Part shown: positions 1-11,200 of the stretch, piece by piece | Layout of the letters: each line of letters begins with the position of its first letter | Position numbering within the stretch: position 1 is the first letter of the stretch | Assembly (NCBI GenBank): GCA_028534125.1 | Contig: CM052849.1 | Coordinates: forward strand, 20,460,001 to 20,524,000 | DNA from: Lama glama | Taxonomy: Eukaryota | Length of the DNA: 64,000 nt | Direction of reading: 5' to 3' | Notes under the pieces: model-generated | What the model saw: the letters and a program-made list of their open reading frames with translations, nothing else | What the model was told of the DNA's origin: nothing | The model's database searches: none | Translations under genes and position numbers: made by a program

Positions 1-71
1 GGACTGGGGATTGAACCCAGGACCTTGTGCTTGCTAAGTGTGCCCTTTACCACTGAGCTGTGCCCTCCCCC
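1..71 (-). mobile_element. tRNA-derived SINE, camelid Vic-1 type (partial)
   Basis: Reverse complement gives GGGGAGGGCACAGCTCAGTGGTAAAG...GTCCTGGGTTCAATCCCCAG (A and B boxes). Confidence 0.8.
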
Positions 72-708
72 CTTGAGTTAATGTTTGTGAAGGGAATGGG
101 TCTTTGTCTAGATTTACTTTTTCCCCTCCCATTTAAAAATCCTGTATCAAGGAAAACTTTTGAGACGTTTGAAGTAGAATAATACAGCGAATCCCAGTGT
201 GGCCATTGCCTGTTTTCCACGGTTGTTAACTCAGTCCTGCTTGCTCTGTGCCCGTTCCCCTGAGCATAGAGTACTTTGAAATAAATTCTTGACAAACACA
301 ATTTTTCCCTCTGTAAGATTTCTCTGTGCCCTGAAAGGCTGGGAGTCTTTAAACACAATCACAGTACTGTTACGACACCTAGAAAATTAATTTTGTCTCA
401 TCATCAAATGTCTGTTCAGTATTTACTTTATTGATTATCTCATAAGTAGTCTTTTTTATAGTTGAAGCCAGCATCACAGTAAGGTGGATGCACAGCAATC
501 AGTTTGTGTCTCCTATGTATCTTTTAATCTATAGGCTCTATTTCTGTTTCTCCCTTTTTACCCCTTGCAGTTTATTTGTTGACGAAGCCTGGGGCTTTGC
601 TGTGTGGAATTTCCCGCAGTCTGGGTTTGCTGACCGAGTCCCCGTGGTGTAATTTAACGTGCTGCTTTGTCCTCTGTATTGATCAACTGCAGTTCTTTAT
701 TTGTTGTT

Positions 709-738
709 TGTGTGTGTGTGTGTGTGCGCGCGCGTGCA
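709..738. repeat. (TG)9(CG)4 compound microsatellite
   Basis: Directly visible. Confidence 0.9.
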
Positions 739-779
739 GGAGTAGGTGACGCTTTGTCCTGCCGTCAGGAAGCACGTAG

Positions 780-1560
780 CGTCTCTCCTGGGGTCGTCGT
801 TTTGCACGTGGATGTCCGGTTGTCCTAGCTCCGTTGAAAAGACTGTCTTTGTTCCCTTGTGCTCCCTGCGCTCCTTTGTCAAAGGTCAGATGGCTGTGTT
901 TGCGAGAGTCTGTCTCTGGGCTTTCTTTTCTGTTCCATTGATCTGTTTATTATTATTTATTCACCAGCACCACACAGTCTTGATTTCTGGTGCTTTATAG
1001 TGAGTCTTGAAGGCGATGGTGCCAGTGCTCCAACTTTTTCTAGTTCAGGGTTGTGTTGGCTCTTCTGGTCTGTTGCTTCCCCACATAAACTTTATTATTT
1101 TTTCCTTCCTTCCTCTCTCCCCCCCCCCACTCCTTTCCTCTTATTTATTTTTATTTGAGTAAAGTTGATTTACCACGTTAGTTCTAGGTGTACAGCAGTG
1201 ATTCGATTGTATACATAAACACATGTATGTAAGTATTCGTTTTCAGGTTCTTTTCTGTTGTAGGTCATTACGAGGTGCTGAATGTGGTCTCCTGTGCCAT
1301 CTGTTTGTCTGCTCTGTGTACAGCAGTGCTGCTTTTCTGTAGACGCTTCAGACTCAGTTTGTCGGTATCTACAAAATTGCTGCCTGGGGCTGCGTTGAAT
1401 GTGTAGATCAGGTTGGGAAGAACTGACATCTTGACAATACTGGGTCTTCCTGTCCGTGAACTTGGAATCTGTCTCCTTTTGTTTAGTGCTTCTTTGGGTT
1501 CACTGATCAGAGCTTTGGCCGTCAGTGGCTGTTCACTTTGCACGTGGTTGGTAGCAAGTC
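780..1560 (-). mobile_element. Old L1 ORF2 fragment, interrupted by a younger L1 3' tail (~1090-1330)
   Basis: IPSSRTGRPSIVKMSVLPNLIYTFNA resembles L1 ORF2 [26 protein letters not shown]. Confidence 0.75.
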
Positions 1561-2052
1561 TTGCGAGCCCAGCTTGTGCTGATGCCCAGAGTGAGGGCTT
1601 TCCTGGAGGTCAGGGCGGGCGCCAGGGTGGCCCAGTGGCTCGTCCGAGTCATGGTGGTGCTGCTCTCTGCTGCCCACAAGCCTGGCTCCCTCCTGGGGGC
1701 ACGGTGGCCATGGCAGCTGCAGGGCTCACCTCCCCCAAGACTGTCCGGAAGACGGAGCATCTGTGCCCCAGGACTCCCAGCAGAAGGCTGGTGCTGCAGG
1801 GCCCTGTCTCCACGCCCGGTCCTGTGGCCTGGGGGCCGCCTACGCCGCTCCTTCTGGTCTGGGTGGCCCTTGCTGGCTGCGGCAGGTTGGGCATGCTTCC
1901 AGCAGCTGCGTCACCTGACTGGAGTCAGGCACCTGGCTTCTCTGACGGTTCTGTCCTCTTCCTTCCTGAGCCTTCGCTGCCTGAGACAGAGGTGCTACCT
2001 GGTGGGGACGCCACGGGAGCCACCTGTGACAGGTGTGCTTTCTGCTTCTCAG

Positions 2053-2255
2053 GGTGGTGTGTGTGATCCCTCCAGTGGTGGCTGCGCCCCCGTGCTTGTG
2101 GGTGGCAAGGCCGCCCTCGCTCTACAGCCACAGGATGAGGCTCTTGAGGCAGGGCCTGAAGGAGCACATGGCCGCCTACGCCCAGCAGCTGCAGCAGGTG
2201 ACGGCCCCGCGCTCGCTGCGCTTTCCTGAGCTGAGACTGGTCCAGTTTGACTCAG
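2053..2255 (+). CDS. EP400: EP400 exon (VVCVIPPVV...LVQFDS)
   Basis: ctcag| ... TCAG|gtatg; peptide match. Confidence 0.93.
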
Positions 2256-5200
2256 GTATGGGGGGCCCGCCTGCCCTGCTGCCGCGCTGGGTCTGCCCCC
2301 CGGGGTCGCAGGCCCTCTGATGTGACTCGTTTCCTAGGGAAGCTGGAGGCTTTGGCCATCCTACTTCAGAAGCTGAGATCTGAAGGACGCCGAGTGCTGA
2401 TTTTGTCTCAGATGGTGCTGATGTTAGACATCTTAGAGATGTTCCTCAACTTCCATTACCTCACCTACGTGAGGATCGATGAAAATGCCAACAGCGAGCA
2501 GCGGCAGGTGAGGAGGGGTGTTCTGTTTTGTTACCGCTTGTGATTGAGCTGCGATAGCTTTAACCTCCAGCTGTGCAGACCCAGCACGCTTGTGCCCTCT
2601 GAACAAAGGGGACAGTGTCTCGGTGTCTCTGGACTTCAGCTGCGTCCTGTCATTCAGGACGTGCTGTCGGCTCGGCAGCTCAGAATCAGTTGGTGACCGG
2701 CCGTCAGGACAGCACGAGAGGGGTGAACTTCAGGTGGCAGCCACGTGAAACGTGAAAAGTCCCGGAGTAATCACAGTTACAGGCCCGCTTTTCACTTGTG
2801 CAGTTAGCCGAGGGTAACTTGATGCCATCAGGCACAGGGTGACAGGCACTCTCAGACCCTGCAGCGGGGGCGCGGATGAGTGCAGCTTCCCAGAAGGCGA
2901 GCGGAGAGGAGGGCCGTGTGCTTGAGCACGTGACTGCGTGTGCAGGACTCCCTCCTGCAGCAGCACCCCGCACCTCTCAGAGGTTTACGTGCACAGCCCG
3001 CCCAGTGCGGCAGGGTCTGAACGGCCCCAGTCCAGGAGCCGAGCGAATGGCCAGGAGGATGAGAGCGGGTGCCAGGCTGTCTGCGTGCCGCCGGGCCTGG
3101 CCCTGTCGTGAACACACAGCGTCCCGAGTATTCCGTAGGATGAACTAGGAAGCCTCCAGCCGCGGCTCAGAGCAGGCTGTAGCGTCCTGGCGGAGCATTC
3201 CTAACCGCAGACACACCGCTGGGCTGGAGGTCGTGTCACCCGCACCCGCAGGACAGCGCAGGGGACTCCTCACAGCGGCTGCACGCCAGGGTGGCCTGGA
3301 GGGCGTAACGTACACTGCGGTCTTAAGTAACAGGTTTTCCTGGTGCTGATGTAACAGATCACGTAGAGAACTTAATGGAAAGAAGAGGGTCGGTCACCTG
3401 TTGAGGTGTGTTTTGGCACTGAAGTGAGTGCAGAAGAGAAGTGGGAACCAGGCCAGCTGGGCTGCGGGAGGCGGGGGCCCCTCTTCCTGGCCGGTTTCGC
3501 TCCCTCAGCCTTACTGCAGGGCACTTTTGCTGTAGAGTGCCCTGACATTGCCTGAGGGCACAGGAAAGAGCACCCATCCCTCCCCAGAGAGACTCTGTGT
3601 TCTTGTGGGGCCTACACGGTGAGCTCACAGTTCCTGTCGCAGGGGTCTGTAAGCGAGGCCTGGCGAGGTTGGGACCGGTGGGAATGTCGGGCAGCAGGGA
3701 GTGAGCCATGTGTGGTGCCCACGAGAGAGCGGGCCACGCGCCCGGTGAGACCCAGGCTGAGCGGTTTTGTGCTGGGCTAGTGGCCAGCTGTGGAATACCA
3801 GCACATGGGAGGTGCCATCCTTTATACCGACCCGAGGGCTTGTCCCCCCACAGGAGCTGATGAGGACCTTCAACCGAGACCGACGGGTCTTCTGCGCCCT
3901 CCTCTCCACCCACAGCCGTGCCACGGGTGTGAGCCTGGTGGAGGCGGATGCGGTGGTCTTCTATGACCATGACCTGAACCCGGTGATGGATGCCAAGGCC
4001 CAGGAGTGGTGTGACCGGATTGGGAGGCGCAGGGACGTGCACATTTACAGGTGGGCACGGCCGTGCGCTCCCTAGCCCGCTGCGCTCTGCGTGCCTGCCC
4101 TCAGGCCGACAGCAGGTCTCTCCTGCCGCCGTCTGTCGGCTTCCTTCCCGCTCAGCGTTTGCCTGGAGTGTGCCTGGGCTGAGTTGCGGGGACGTGCCAT
4201 GGTGTTCTTCTACCACAGCCGGGCGCCTCTCCTGGGGCAGCTGGCCCTCAAAGGGTGGTTCACGCTTCAGGCTGTTTCCCGCGTCATCAGATGTGAACTA
4301 TCTGCAGCAGCTTTGTGCTGTCAGTTCCTAAGTCAGCTCTTCAGAGTGTTTGAGTCTCGCACTTGGCTCCACGCCAGCAGCTGAGGAAGAGGGAGAGGCT
4401 CTGGTGCGTGTGGAAGCACTGGTGGCGACAGCGTGGCGGCCTGGCCTGTACTGTTGGCTGGGCGTGTGCCTGGTGGCCCAGCACGTGCTCGCCCGCCAGT
4501 CCTGGGAGGTGTTGCCGCAGGAACTGAGGTTCCTGCCGCCGACCTGGACCGCGTGCTATTTCAGTCAAGACGTGGGAATCCATACGCTGAATTTAAATAG
4601 CTATTTAAAAAAAATTATAAGTGTATCACTTATTTATTGAAAAGAAAAGAAGGAAAGCATGTGCAGAAAAATACCCTGTCCAGAGGCAGTTACTAGCGTC
4701 TTGGTGTGTTTTTCCAGACAGTGCCCTGATTTTTCGGATGACTCAGGCCAGCAGTCTTATTTCGTAATCCCGTTTTCTTTTAATGATATAAGTGTATTTC
4801 CATGCTGATAAATATAAATTTGGTACATTGTGTATCTTGAAAGAATTAGTGTTTCACTGGGTAACCGCTCCCTTACTGTTGACCTGTTAGTAATTGCTAG
4901 CTAGAAATGAGCTAGAAATGGAAAAGACGTTTTATCCTCAGTGGCCAGTCTGTCAACAGGAAGGATCTTAGCCGCAGAGGGGCAGAGTGTCCAGGGAGCG
5001 CAGGGTGAAACTGGGTGGGAGTGAGGAGAGAGATGTCCCGAGCAGGAGGACGTGCTGTGTTCTTGGATGGGAAGACCTGGTTCGTAAGATTGTGACGTTT
5101 CCCCGCAGCAATGGTAAAAGTTAGCGTAACTGTAACGAGGGCCCTGAAGGTGAGTGTGGTGGTGGCTCCTGCGGCCTTTCCGGGGCTAGAAGCAGGAGCC

Positions 5201-8200
5201 AGGGGATGTGTGCTCTGGCCCCTTGGGGGCCCTGCACACGCTGCTTGGTGGGAGGCACAGCGCTGGGGGAGGGTGTGGCCGGGCAGAGGCCCTGCTGCCG
5301 AGTGTGGACGTGGTCCTGGGGGAGCTGGGGCCAGGAGGTCAGCAAGGCTGCTGGGCTGAGGTGGGAGGTGGTGACACACGAAGGCAGGAACTGCATGGTC
5401 TGTGAGCCGGGCCAGCCTGGGCGCTGTGCAGAGCCTCCAGGCGACTTAGTGGGCGTGCCTGCCTGTGTTCTGCTCGTAGGCTTGTGAGTGGCAATTCCAT
5501 CGAAGAGAAGTTGCTGAAAAACGGAACCAAAGACTTGATCCGAGAAGTGGCTGCCCAGGGAAACGACTACTCCACGGCGTTCCTCACGCAGGTACCCTGC
5601 TCCGGCCAGGCCGGGGCCGCCGCGTGCGGCTGGGGTCGCGTGCGCCGCCGTGCTGGTCACGTCTTGCAACGGGCGTCTCTCTTTCCAGCGGACCATCCAG
5701 GAGCTGTTCGAGATCTGCTCACCTGTGGACGACGCTGGCTTCCCGGTGAAAGCTGAGGAGTTTGTCGTCCTTTCCCAGGAGCCTTCCGTCACGGAAACCA
5801 TTGCGCCCAAGATTGCAAGACCTTTCATCGAGGTAAGGCTGACTGGCGCCTGCCTGGAGTCTGACCCAGGCCGCGTGCCAGCCGTGTGCCCTCGCCGTCG
5901 TGCTTTCCGTTCGCGCCCCTTGGCCGCACTTGATCTCTGGGGCCATCAGTCAGTGCCTGTCCTGGGTGACCATCTGCTCTGCCCCCACTGGCCTCCCTGG
6001 TCCCAGCTCCTCCTCTGTCACTGTGAGGCTGGAGGAGTCTCCAGGCCCTGGCATCCACGTCATGTTCTGAGGACAGAACCAAAAGGAGCACCGGCCGCCT
6101 CACTTGGCTTTCTTACGTGGGTTGCAGGGTGAATGATAATGCTTCAGACTTACTGGGTTAAACAGCACGTTTACATTTTTGACATGGGCACTAGAGACGT
6201 CAGACTGCACGCTCGACTCACATGCTGCTGCCTCTGGGCAGCGCTGCTGTGTAGACACGTCCCAGACTCACCTGTCAGGGCCCCTCACTTCCCTTCCCAA
6301 GGCCCTGCTCCCATCCTGCCTCTTGGAGGGGCCTTTGACTGCAGGGCGCCTCATTTTCTATTTTTTAAAATTAATTGGTTACTGAGAAGTAATACGTACA
6401 CATGGTAGAACCTTCAGGAATTTACAATGGAAAGTAAGCCTCCTGCACCAGGCCCTCATCCCTGCTTAGACAGCCGCGGCCTGCTGTTCCCGCTTCCTCC
6501 CGGAGTTGTCCGAGTGTAGTGTCGCTTGGCACGGAAATGCCTTGCTCCGTCTCTGTCACGAAAGGCTCTCAGAAGAAGATGATAGAAGCGTTAGGGCGAA
6601 AAGGGAAAAACAGCACGAAGTGGGGGGAGGGAGGTAACCGTTCAGCCGTCGTCACGGATCTCACAGGCCTCCTGGGGGACAAACGGGCGTGAGGATGCGT
6701 GTGCGTGAGAAGTGTGCGTGTGCTGCACACCCTGCTGCTGCGCTCAGCACGTCTTGGAGACGCTGGCACAGAAGTGTCTCCTCTGTCTCTGAAGCGGTGC
6801 GTGCAGACCCTTGGCAGCGTCTCTCTGGGTGTCGGCCCTGTCCCGGCAGGAGGGCTGTGGCCTTGAGGAGACGCAGGTCTCAGCTGTGAAGGTTGTGTCC
6901 TAGTGGGCGAGACGTGTCGCCTGCAGGCGGCAGCACTCAGGACCCCTGTGAGTCTGGGGCAGAGGGTCAGGTGTGGCCCGGGGCGAGGAGGTGGAGCGGA
7001 GGCCTCCGCGGCGGGCGGGCCCTGTCTGTGCTGGCAGCAGCCGGGGCCGGCTCAGAGCCGCAGGCGCGGGGTGGCTTCCTGGGCTGGGTTTGCAGTTTGC
7101 TGTCGGCTGATGAGCTTGTGTGTTCGTCGGCAGTGCGGATAATAGCTTTTTACAAGACGCTCGGTCGCATCTTTTTCCTACTTCTTTTTAGCTGGGTTGT
7201 CTCTTTCTTCGTGGCTTTTTGGCATCCTTTCTGTGTTCTGGGTGCAGGGCCTTTGTGGGTTACATGGACGGTGTCTTCTTCCAGCCTGGGCTTTGGTCTT
7301 CTTAATGCTGTGTTTTGGTGAGCAGGAATTCTTGGTCCTTGGCCACCCAGCAGACCGTTTTTCTCATGTACTTGGTGCTTCTGTGTTCTGCTAAGAGAGG
7401 GCCTCCTTTATTTTCTTCATCCTTAGATGAGCGATCTGTCTGGAAATGGCTGTACACCGTGTACAGTGTGAGATAGGGTTGCATCTTAAACTTGTCAGAT
7501 TTTGCTCAGTTGCCCTAGAAGGAGGTTGTTCCAGTTCCTAATTGGCGAGCTCTAAGCTGCAGGTTGTCCCCTTGGCTGCTGGGAGAGGCGCACCTGACGT
7601 CTGCCTCACTCGTTTGCATTTCTTGAACTGGGGTGATGCTGACTGTCTTCTGTGTCTGCCATCACCGCAGCACGTCTGTTTATACCTCCGACGGCGGCTT
7701 GTGTCCTCAGCACCATGAAGAATTGTTCTTGCTGGCCGGGACCCGAGGGCAGGGCGGGTGTCGGGTGTGAGACTGACCCAGGCGCCCTGTCTTGCTGGGT
7801 CTCTTAAGAGCCTCGTGTGCGTGTCGGCCAGCGCACCCCTGGCCCTCCCCAAGGCCTTCCGTTTGCCGTGTCCCCTTAGGCGTGTGGGCGGTTCTCGAAG
7901 ACTGAACGAGTCATCGTAGAGGCGCTTGGTGTGCGGTGTGGGTGTGCAGTCAGATCTGTGTGGTGTGGTTCTTTCTTAAAAGCCTTTCATTAAAAATTTA
8001 AGTCTATCAGAGGAGCCTAACCCAAGCCCGTCCTCAGGCCCTCAAGAGCATCGAGCACCTGGAGGAAGATGAGCAGAAGCCCATGGAGGAGGCGGTGCTG
8101 GGGTCCTCGGACGCTGCTGGGTCCCAGGGGGACGAGGAGCCGTCGCAGCTGGAGGAGTTGGCTGACTTCATGGGACAGGTTTGGGCGTCTTCTCTTTGGG

Positions 8201-11200
8201 CCTTAAGTTAATTCCCTTCTTTACAACTAAATATTTTAAACTTGTGACCCTTTTATGAAATATTTCTTGGTGGTTTTAACTGAGAACAATCCCTGTTTTG
8301 ATTCAAATGTCGGTAGGGATTGTATAAGGAATTAAACCCTTGTTAACTTGCTGTTAACTCGATTCAAAAAATATATTTTTGAAACAGCTTACACCCATTG
8401 AAAAATACGCTTTGAATTACCTGGAGTTATTCCATACTTCCATTGATCAAGAGAGAGAGAGAAGTAGCGAGGTAAGAGAATGAACTTTCGTTACCTTAAC
8501 ACTTGGGAACATCAAATTCTTCAGTGTCAAATTTGTTGTGAAATAGGAGTGACCTGCCTGGAATTAAAGGAACAGTCCATGTGTACACTCACTGGAAACG
8601 CGAGTGCGCAGTTGGACTTGGTCTTGAGGCGGTGTGGTGCTGGGTGCAGTCCAGGCCAAGGGTCCGTGGGCAGGAGGGGTCCCGGGGGCTGCTTCATCTC
8701 TGCCCTGGGGCAGGGATGGTGCGGGCGGCCACGGGAGCCCTGCCTTTCCCGCCAGGGCACCATGCTGACCGCGGTGCAGGAGTGGGAGGCCCAGAATGCC
8801 AGGACGCTGCGGGAGCTGGAGGCCCAGGCGCTGCGCGAGCAGGAGCAGGAGCAGCTCCTCACCTACACGCGGGAGGACGCCTACAGCGCGGTAGGTGCCC
8901 AGCTGGCGCCCAGCAGGTGTGCCGGCTTTTCCCCGAGGCCTGGCCGCTGTGCTGAGACCGCGTCGTCGGTCCTGTGCACAGTCAGGCTTTTTTTAAAGAC
9001 CTGAGAGGTATGGACATAGGTAGTCGGTGGCTTGCACCTCAAGGCTGGGACTGTGTGGGCTTGAAATGTCTCCCCTTTCCCGCAGGAGTACGTGTGTGAA
9101 GGTGCCGACGGGCAGACGGAAGTCATGCCGGTGAGTGTCCCAACCCCCTGTCCCCTCATCCCCCCATTCCCCCATCTCCCCATCCCTCTGTCCCCTTGTT
9201 CCCTTTGTTCCCCGTCCCCTCATCTCCCCGTCACCCCATTCTCTGTCCCCCTTTTCCCCGTCTTCTCCATCCCTATCCTCCTACCCCCCTTTCCCCATCC
9301 CCTCCATCCCCCATCCCCTCCATCATCCTGTTCCCCCATCCTCTCCATCCACCTCTCCATGGCACAGCTCATGCCCCTCCCTTCCCCATGCAGCTCTGGA
9401 CCCCGCCCACGCCACCCCAGGATGACAACGACATCTACATCGACTCAGTCATGTGTCTCATGTACGAGACCACGCCCATTCCAGAGGCCAAGCTGCCGCC
9501 TGTGTACGTTCGGAAGGAGCGCCGGCGACACAAGACGGACCCCTCAGGTGGGCTTCCACCACACCCACCCGCCAGCAAGCCCGGGTCAGCCGCCAGTGGG
9601 GGCGGGTGGGTTTCCCTGGGCCCAACCGTGGTCTCCCTTGTTCCCCCTGCTGCTCTGGCTGAGGCGAGGCCCTCTGGCTGGCCAGCTCGCTGAGGACAGC
9701 CTCTCTGCTCAGCCGCGGGTAGGAAGAAGAAGCAGCGCCACGGGGAGGCGGTGGTGCCCCCGCGGTCACTGTTCGACCGTGCGACGCCTGGCATGCTGAA
9801 AATCCGGCGGGAGGGGAAGGAGCAGAAGAAGAACATCCTGCTGAAGCAGCAGACGCAGTTCGCCAAGCCTCTGCCGACGTTTGCCAAGCCAAGCGCAGAG
9901 GCAGGCCCCGACAACCCCGAGTGGCTCATCAGCGAGGACTGGGCGCTGCTGCAGGTGAGCGCGGCCCCGCGTGGCTGGCCTGGCCCTGTAAGCCCTCCAG
10001 GAGGGGCGCCGCTGACCTGCCGCCCTGCGCTGACCTGCCCTGCCTGGCCTCCCCCCCCTAGGCCGTGAAGCAGCTCCTAGAGCTGCCGCTGAACCTCACG
10101 ATCGTGTCCCCGGCCCACACGCCCAACTGGGACCTCGTCAGCGACGTCGTCAACTCGTGCAGCCGCATCTACCGCTCCTCCAAGCAGTGCCGGGCCCGCT
10201 ACGAGGGCGTGCTCATCCCGAGGGAGGAGGGCAGGGTGAGGTGGCCCTCGCACCCGGCCCCGGCCCGGGCCTCGGCTCGCTCGCTGTTCGGCGTTGGCTG
10301 AGACGTCCCTGTGGGGCCTCACCCTCCCTTTGTCCCGGGTCCGTGTTTACTTTGCCGCGAGGTGGGAAGGCCTCCGCCTGCGGCTGACGTCCGGAAGCCG
10401 CCCGGCCAGCCTCGCGCTGGATTTGTGGTTCTGGTTTTCCTGGGTGTTGCCTGCTTGATTAGGGTTCCTGTGGCACAGAGGACATGTGGGGCGTGCGCAC
10501 ACACCCCCCTAGTCCGGCTGGGGGTCGGCTGCCATCTGGGCATGCTGTGTCTGACTCCCAGTTCGGGGGTGGCTGGGCTTGGAGACGGAGGGGGCCTGTG
10601 CGAGGACCAAGCCCTGACCCGGTGGCCGCGCAGCCCTCAGCCTGGCACACCTGCGCCGCTGAGGCTCTGCGGGAGCAGCAGGCGGCCACGCCATGGGGTC
10701 TGTGCAGGAGAGCGCACCAGGCACCAGTGGCACTGGGGTCCCCGAGGACGGACGCAGACACCATGGGACAGCCGTCCCTCCCCGCCCACTGCGGGCAGAG
10801 GCCCCCAGGGGCCGGGCCAGTGGTGTAGGTGCCCTGGCCCTGTGTCTCTCGCCGTGTGATCTCTCCCTGGCGGAAGGCGGGCGCTCTCCCTCTGGGTGTG
10901 GAGGCTTCTGTGAGGCTGCACACAGGCAGGATGTGTGTGTCACTGCTGGGGTGTCTGTGTTGAGTCTCGGGGGGGAGGATAGGGAGAGGGCTGGGTGTTT
11001 AACCTGGGGGCCCCTGTGGGGCTTCCACGGGGATGCTGCTCCCCTGGTGATGGAACGTGCTGCTGTGGATCCTGTTCCAGAGTAAGAACAACCGCCCTCT
11101 GCGCACGGGCCAGATGTACGCCCAGGACGAGAATGCCTCGCACACGCAGCTGTACACGAGCCGCTTTGACCTGATGAAGATGACGGCCGGGAAGAGGAGC

